A stretch of 64,000 nt of DNA from Octopus vulgaris (lineage: Eukaryota): the NCBI GenBank assembly GCA_951406725.2, contig OX597828.1, positions 22,258,001-22,322,000 on the forward strand, in the 5' to 3' direction. Positions 55,233 through 64,000 of the stretch are shown here, one piece after another. Position numbers and translations under genes: made by a program. The notes under the pieces are model-generated. The model was given only the letters and a program-made list of their open reading frames with translations. It searched no databases and was not told where the DNA came from. The first letter of the stretch is position 1, and the number at the start of each line of letters is the position of its first letter.

Positions 55233-55482
55233 ATGTATGTATGTATGTATGTATGTATGTATGTATGTATGTATGTATGTATGTATGTATGCATGTATGT
55301 ATGTATGTATGTATGTATGTATGTATGAATATATATATGCATGTATGTATGTATGCATGTATGTATGCATGTATGTATGTATGTATGTATGTATGTATGT
55401 ATGTATGTATGTATGTATGTATGAATGTATGTATGTATGAATACATGTATGTATGCATGTATGTATGAATGTATGTATGTAT
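55233..55482. repeat. (TATG)n microsatellite
   Basis: Read directly from the sequence. Confidence 0.97.
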
Positions 55483-56571
55483 GATTTTTCTTTGAGCTTT
55501 ATTTAAGTTCTTTTTGAGCGAGTACGAGACGGTCTCCAACAAAGCGACAAGACTTTAGAGCTAAGAGAATTCCCGGAGTTTTTGAATTATGTTGTTGAGT
55601 TGGTGTATTGGTTGAGCAGTCGATTCATACACTCAAGTCTGTGCATGTATTCACATAAGAATCTCAGATGAAGAATTTGGAACGCAGTACAAATCTTCAC
55701 TCTGCCACTAACAGATAAGATGTGGAGAATCCGCGTCAATAATCATGTATATACACACGTGAACACACGTATATAATATGGGAAATTGTGATGTCAGGTA
55801 TGTTCATGCATCTAGTAAAGATACGTTTTGAAATACATTATAAAATGAAGTTCTTGTGACGCGACAATAGATTTCATTATTATTTTGTGTGTGTGTGTGT
55901 GTGAACAGGAAGAAGCGATCACTATTTTTAACGTTTATTACACTTTATAAAATATCTTTTACAGATCTTTACGCGTTTATGCCTGTATCGAAATGAGTTG
56001 CCTCTAGCTATTTATTCTATTCAGAAAATCAGATATAATTAAATTGGTCTATCTATTTTGCCTAACTATGCACTCAGTCCACATAAATTAATTAAGCAAT
56101 TACTAGAAGCACTACAACGCAGCATTAGGATAAGTAGATTTATGTGTTTGAGCGACTGATGAAAAGCTAACTGTAGACTAAAATGAGAGTCAACTGTTTG
56201 TTTTTCTCCTCAGAAAGGAAAAAAACGCTTATGCCTAAACACGCGGATTAACTTCGAAAGTGTGTTTTAAATTGTATGTCTTACGTTTATCGAAATCACT
56301 TTCCTTTTTCGCTCTTTTACTATCGCATACTCCCTCTTATTTTCCCCGCGTCTCTCTTTCTCTCTCTATCAAAGTCTCTCAACACACACAAACACACGAA
56401 TAAGCGCGTATACACACACACCTACAAGCACACACAAACATACACACACACAAACAATTATCAAATTCACAGTGGAAGTGGAATTTCGTTACTATACGAG
56501 TCACCTAAATGTTAGTATATTCCATATGAGCATGTACGTATGTATATATACATGTATCGTACATATCGTAT

Positions 56572-57062
56572 GTTATTATTCAGTTTTATTTCAAGATTTC
56601 TTGTAACTAGATTTCTTGAAAGAGCCGGTTTCTAACCTAGTTCCAAGGCCCCTTCATTGGAGCCTGATTCAACATCAGCAACGGGGTATTTTTGTATGTA
56701 TGTGTATGTATGTATGTATGTATGTATGTATGTATGTATGTATGTATGTATGTATGTATGTATGTATGTATATGAGCAGATTTGTATGTTCTGTTTTATG
56801 TATCCATTCTCATACATATAGTTACATATCTGACATGTTCATATACATTAAAATGATATACTTGTGGAAAATTTTACAAATTTTTGCAGCTGCAGTTATA
56901 AATAGCTTTCTCCTTTCTCCTTTCTCAATTACCTTTCTCCTCTGGTTTTGAGAAGACTAATTTCTCAAGATTGGTATTTAGGCAATGTGTTACATATCTT
57001 AGGGCCCCAATAATTACAGGGGTAATTACTCGATAGAGGAACTGCATATTTCTGAAAAGTAT
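56572..57062 (-). mobile_element. Second copy of the (CATA)n-associated RLE-type element, probably including its 3' UTR with an internal (CATA)n
   Basis: PVIIGALRYVTHCLNTNLEKLVFSKPE; homologous to 54893-55145. The 5' end joins (TATG)n at about 57069. Confidence 0.8.
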
Positions 57063-57065
57063 ATA

Positions 57066-57230
57066 TGAATGTATGTATGTTTGTTTGTATGTATGTATGT
57101 ATGTATGTATGTATGTATGTATGTATGTATGTATGTATGTATGTATGTATGTATGTATGTATGTATGTATGTATGTATGTATGTATGTAGGTAGGTAGGT
57201 AGGTAGGTAGGTAGGTAGGTAGGTAGGTAA
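57066..57230. repeat. (TATG)n(TAGG)n microsatellite
   Basis: Read directly from the sequence. Confidence 0.97.
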
Positions 57231-57886
57231 GTAGATATTCCTGTGCCAAGATATAGTAAGTTGAAACTGCATTGGAATTTCAATAATTCTTTTGTATTAT
57301 CGAAACCGGTTTCACAACATTTAGATAATCAGCGTAGCAAAGATAAATTATGGCATTTTTTCGAGTTTTTGAAGGAATGCCTATGTTAATAATGCAAAAC
57401 TGTACACCAGCATATTTACAGAAACACACCCACACATATACATTTATATCTACTATGCAAACCCTTAGCGATCTCTTTCATTGATAGATTTGCGAAGCAT
57501 TTAATACAGTTGTGATGAAATAGAAAACACCCAGTGTAAGATATTACAATGTGGGGAAGATCAACGTGCTAGATGTGCTGTGATGCCATCGGGTCAGATA
57601 CCATTGTGGGTATGGATCGGTTTGGCACAGATGTTTGGCGCCACATATTTGACATACTGGACTCGATGGTGACTTATTCGTTATCCGAATATCTAGTGTT
57701 TCTCTTGTTTTAATGTTTCTCTCGTTCTCCTTCTTCCCACTGTTTATGTGTGCAAGCATATTTCCCGTATGTAAATGACGAAAGGTAGAGAATGTGTTAG
57801 TCTTATTCAATTAATATATCATAATCTCCCTCTCCGTTCCTGTTTATATGTGTAGACATCTAATTATGCAGGTATGTATAATTGCA

Positions 57887-58588
<702 letters not shown>

Positions 58589-59644
58589 AATTGCGTGTAA
58601 TTCAGCTGCCCAGCAAATGAAACTGAATGTCCAGTCAGCCGGGTCAAATTATCAGCACCAAAAGAGCTGCACCCGATCACCTCAAAGCACACAATGGCGT
58701 ATAGTTACAAAGGTATCACTACGCTTTTTAATAAAATTATGGAATTACACAAAGTTTTTACATTTGTTCCCGTTAAACTGGTAAAATAATCACATGAAGA
58801 ATGGAAGCAACGGAACGATTTGCTAACTCTTAATAATTGAGCAGATATACAGTGGAAAATGACAGTTAAATAAATATCTGGGGTTTTTGATTCTCATCGT
58901 ATTCTCTCTTTATTTTATAAGCACTGGAGCGCAAGAAAGTGTACATCCACGAGTGTCGCTTTCAGAGTTTACTTACAATTTTGTTTTCACACAAAATCAA
59001 GTAATGGAAAATAACTGACAAATACATAGAACTCTTTCCGAATCAACCCAGGAAACCAAATTTATGTTTCATGTGTATCTAATGAGGCTTTCTCAACGGG
59101 ACTTCTAACGTAATGAGCGAAAGGAAGTTCATTCAGTTCAACCGATTTTATTTTAAGAGCATTTTTTTTTTGTACAAGTCAATGTAGATCAATAAATGTT
59201 CTTCATGATGTTAAACTATAAGGGTTAAATTGAAATAAATGGTTGTCATTTGCATGCAATGACATTAGTGCCGTAGGCCCCACCAGTTAATTTAATACAG
59301 CTCAAGAGCTTACATCTTGTTATACATTAATAAATATACAATATTAATAATGATAACGAGAGGAGAAGCAACAACAACATTAACAAGTACTGCTGCAAAT
59401 AATTTCACTAACACTACTACTACTACAATAATAATTGTAATAACTATTCTTTTAAATATTATAATGATAATAAATATATATAGACACACATATGTAAATA
59501 AGGGTATATATATATAATATATATATATAGATTGCTAGATAGATAGCTAGATAGATATATAGATAGTATATAATATATATATATATACAAATATATATGT
59601 ACATATATACAAATGCATATGAGTATACATACATACGGACATAA

Positions 59645-59773
<129 letters not shown>

Positions 59774-60215
59774 AACTTTCAAAGAATAAAGATTCTTTTA
59801 TTGAGATCCAGATATCAAACTTTCGTTTAATTAATTTGAATATTTGAGTAATATATTATAAACACAACTCATATAACACCGATATATAATCAGTTTCGTT
59901 CGTAGTATACAGAAAATTTCTAATATACTCTCCTCCAGCTTCCATAAATATCGTTCAGGTAAGTGCTTCTATTGCATTTATTTGTCGGAGACATTAGCAA
60001 ACATATTAGCTGTTTATAATATAATAACACTTAGTGTTACGCTTCATACAACCTAAACTACGAACCAGATAAACGATGTAATCGAAATTAATATATAAAA
60101 TAATATAATTATATGTTTATGTCTTAATATACAAAGAAGAACATCTATCTAACACGCATTATATTTCACAGATCTCACATGTTAAATTTATTATGAATGT
60201 TTATATCCATTTTAA

Positions 60216-60480
60216 TATGGATGCCTTGTTAGAGCACTAAACACTGCGATTTTCACCTTCAGAGAATCTGTCTCAGAGTGACATGGGGCAAAAACTCGAC
60301 TCATATATCGTAGCAGAGAAACATCGCTTGTGGTGAGCGTCGGACTTATCACATCACGTGATTTTAGGCGACTGGATTTTTTCAGTGAAAGGCGTCCAGC
60401 GACCTTATATCAGCTATGTCTTGCTGCCCCGATATATAGAGGACCAGTGTCTTATTTGGAGCTCTAACAAGACATCTACG
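60216..60480. mobile_element. MITE with TTAA target duplication (piggyBac- or Kolobok-type)
   Basis: TIRs tggatgccttgttagagcactaaa (60218-41) and tttggagctctaacaagacatcta (60455-78), 20/24 complementary. TTAA at 60212-15 and 60481-84. Confidence 0.72.
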
Positions 60481-61207
60481 TTAAGCTAGATATAAAGTTC
60501 GCTTTTCGGTACTACAATTGCTTCTTTTTTTTTATAGATACGATTCCAATATTATATTTATAAGAGGACCTCGTCGGTAACACATGTAACTCACATGCAG
60601 CAATAACTCACATCGATTTTGTAGTATCTCATTGGGAGATGGATAATATGGAATCATTCTCAAGAAAAAACAACCATAAATGTAATGTTATTTCAATAAC
60701 TGTGCGCGTAATTTTCGCTTCCTAACCTGTATAAGTTATGTCCCAAATAGTTATACGTAGTGAAGTAGTATGTTCCCTAAAATCGTAGATAAGGGATCTC
60801 TCGTGCTGATAGAAGCTATAAAAAAATGTCTGCTACTATAGGTTGCGCCTTTGCTATCAGATATGATATTGCAGTCCACGATGTTATTTCCTGGTATTTA
60901 GGTTTTCTTTTACAAGGCAAACTTAAATATTGCGGTAAATGCAAGAGGCATACAGGGGTAACAACTTAAGTAGTAGTATTGTTCCATTTGAAGAGATACG
61001 CGTTTCTGGATTAACTGAATTCCTTTATGTTATTGTTGCTAATCAATGTGGAGAACACGTGAAATGTGCTACGATCTAGAAATTATTTGCTCCGTAATTA
61101 ATCCTGTTTATTAACACACATTAATGCACAATTATAAGATAATCTACATATCTTTAATAAGGAAATGCCTCGAGCAGATTTATCATTTTGTGTTCATTAA
61201 TTCATAC

Positions 61208-61246
<39 letters not shown>

Positions 61247-61277
61247 TCTGGTGCTACATGTATATAATTATATACAG

Positions 61278-61453
61278 TGCGAAGAAGCTTGCTTCGAAAC
61301 GACATGATTCAGGATACACCCCAACTGCGCGACCCCTTCGGTAAGTGTCTTCTACTATATCCTCAGGACCAAAACCTTGTGAGTGGATTTGGTAGACGGT
61401 AACTTGAAGAACCCCCATATATACATACATACATACATACATACATACATACA

Positions 61454-61542
<89 letters not shown>

Positions 61543-61795
61543 ATACATGTCTATGTATGTATGTCGGTGTTTGTGTGTGTGTGTTTGAGCCGGTGATTGA
61601 GCTCCCGCCCACCGCTTGAAAACCGGTGTTGGTATGTTTACATCCCCGTAGATTAGCGTTGCCACAAGAGAAACCGACACAATAGGTACTAGGCTTACAG
61701 AAAAAAAAATGTCCTGCGGTCAATTGGTTCCACTAAAACACTTCAAGGCGGTGCTCCAACATGGCAGCAGGGACATGACTGAAACAAGTAAAAGG
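61278..61795 (+). mobile_element. SINE-A with expanded internal (CATA)n(TA)n
   Basis: ccttgtgagtggatttggtagacgg ... aggcggtgctccaacatggc...tgactgaaacaagtaaaa. Confidence 0.87.
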
Positions 61796-62053
61796 TAAAC
61801 GCGCGCGCAAGTAGACACACGTGCGAGCACACAGGCACACACATACACACGCATATTTATCGACACACCTTTACATCCACAGTCACATATTCATACTTTC
61901 TAGCAAAGAGAGAGAGAGAAAGAGAGAGAAATAGTGGTTTTTACGAATAAGAAAATAATAATAACGTCGAGTTAGTTCAGTATATAATATAGGGCGAAAA
62001 GTAGAAAACAACAGGAAGGTATTGTGCAAAGAAATGAAGATGGAATGCAACAA

Positions 62054-62473
62054 TCTTTTCTACTCTAGGTACAGGGCCCGAAATGGTGAGGGAGGCGGAC
62101 CAGTCGATTAGATTGACCCCAGTACGCAACTGGTACTTAATTTATCGACCCCCGAAGAATGAAAAGCAAAGTCGACATCGACGGAATTTGAACTCAGAAC
62201 CTAAAGACAGACGAAATACCGCTAAGCTTTCCGACCGGCGGACTAACGTTTCTGCCAGCTCGCCGCCTTACACTTGGTAATATTCTTTTCTACTCTAGGC
62301 ACAAAGACCAGAGGTTTGGGGGAGGGGGCCAGCCGATTAGATCGACCCCAGTACGCAATTGGTACTAAATTTATCGACTCCGGAAGGACGAAAAGACCGT
62401 GGCGGAATTTGAACAGACGAAATACTGCTAAGCATATCGCCCGTGTGCTAACGTTTCTGCCAGCTCGTTGCCT
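62054..62473 (-). mobile_element. Two head-to-tail full SINE-B copies (alternative tail)
   Basis: 62054-62267 and 62283-62473 each run tcttttctactctagg...tttctgccagctcg. Confidence 0.9.
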
Positions 62474-62631
62474 AGGACGGAATGTAATAATGAAGAAAAT
62501 GAGGGGCTGGAGTAATGAGTGCGTATATCCATATACATATATATACACACTCACATATATATATCCACACACCTACACATATATTTATATATACACATGT
62601 ATACTACGTTATGTATGTTTATGGCTGAATA

Positions 62632-62734
<103 letters not shown>

Positions 62735-62760
62735 GTGTGTGTGATTGTGTATAGAAGAAT

Positions 62761-63077
62761 ATATTAATAAAAGGAATTCCAATCTTGTCTGATTTTCACG
62801 TTTTATTTACAATCTTATAATGATATATTATAAGATAATATATTATAATAGAATAAAATAAAATAAAATAGTAGAATGTTAAATGTTCATTCTGATTGAA
62901 CTAGTACTTTCATGCATTCAATTCTGCAATCTTCGGGTTCATGTAGTAGTGGTGACAGTCATGCTTAAAATTGTTTTATTTTATTTTATTCTATTATAAT
63001 ATATTATCTTATAATATATCATTATAAGATTGTAAATAAAACGTGAAAATCAGACAAGGTTGGAATTCCTTTTATTA

Positions 63078-63081
<4 letters not shown>
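62761..63081 (-). mobile_element. Fold-back element (108-bp near-perfect inverted arms) with central hammerhead; Penelope-like pLTR remnant
   Basis: 62761-62868 versus 62974-63081 shows one mismatch seen by eye. The right end runs into (TA)n, and a long (TA)n lies about 30 bp from the left end. Confidence 0.88.
62897..62941 (-). ncRNA. Minimal type I hammerhead ribozyme motif, CCGAAGA core variant
   Basis: Minus strand reads tgaac-CCGAAGA-ttgca-gaattgaa-tgcat-GAAA-gtac-TA-gttca. Stem I is a perfect 5 bp and stem III is palindromic. Confidence 0.75.
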
Positions 63082-63112
<31 letters not shown>

Positions 63113-63138
63113 TATATGTGTGTAAGTATGTGCATGTA

Positions 63139-63201
<63 letters not shown>

Positions 63202-64000
63202 TCGTGTGTATGAGCGCGTAAATATATGTTCACAGACTCGTAGGCAAAGAGGAAACATGGTTGACACAATTCTATACAGAAACCCTTTACATGGTGAGAA
63301 AAAAAGCAAAGGAAAAAAACAAAACAAAATGAACTGTTAAAAAACAGACGAGATATAAAAACGAGAGAAGAAACCAGACAAACTATACGTTTTAAACTAG
63401 TAGATATATAGATAGAGGGAGAGAGGGGAGGGGGGAGAGACAGAGCTAGATAGACAGAGGGGGAGAGATAGGCATAGAACAGATTTGAGAAAATAGTACA
63501 CTGATAGAAGCAGCGAAAAAAAAAAAGCTGTTTCTAACAGTAACACTAATATCTGATGAAGTCAGAATACTGTGACGTTTATTCCTCGTTATTTAATAGC
63601 GATCATGTTTATCTTCAATTATCTCTTATATAGCGAGATGTACAAATGTGTCGAGATATCCAGCTCCACAAAAACATGTACCTCTCTCTCACTCTCACAC
63701 CCTCTCTCTCTCTCTCTCTCTCTTTCTATCTCTACCCCGCTGTGCCTCTCTCTCTCTCTCTCTCTCACTCTCTACTTCCCTCTCTTGCACGTATATATTA
63801 AAAGAACATCAAATTTAATCAAATATGCATTACGGTGCAGCACAATATATCTTCGTCGTCAGCGATTACAAGTGTATATGCGTATATACACACACGCACA
63901 TACACACATGCACACACTCTCAGGCACACATACTCACATACACATACATGTTTAGTCCTTGCGTATAGTAAATATATATATAAATATATACATATATAAA

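Noticed and set aside
59891-60068. Minus-strand ctg-stem(9 bp)-gaaa resembling a long-loop hammerhead next to (TA)n
   Set aside because: The core lacks ANGA and stems I and III are not evident.
63553-63585. CTGATGA followed by a small gtca/tgac hairpin
   Set aside because: GAAA is absent (gttt instead) and there is no stem III, so it is not a hammerhead.

Overview
AT-rich, microsatellite-saturated eukaryotic intergenic or intronic DNA. The SINE families and repeat landscape suggest an octopus or other coleoid cephalopod genome (inference). I cannot support any host protein-coding gene: nearly all listed ORFs are translated microsatellites and the rest are decayed transposon ORFs. The window holds four tRNA-derived SINE families (local labels A-D), a DD34D mariner split by a Chapaev3 element, a DD37D fragment, three MITEs, a Helitron, a CR1/L2-group LINE, a cluster of R4/Dong-type LINE remnants in (TAA)n, and two RLE-type LINE remnants in (CATA)n. 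The most interesting signal is three unrelated short elements in or next to (TA)n tracts, each an inverted repeat built around a minimal type I hammerhead ribozyme (Penelope-like pLTR architecture); two of them have a non-canonical CCGAAGA core. Also notable: TSD-flanked SINE multimers with an identical internal junction, SINE-LINE shared 3' tails, SINE module shuffling, and fold-back duplications at (TA)n. Coordinates were read by eye and may be off by a few bases, more for decayed elements.
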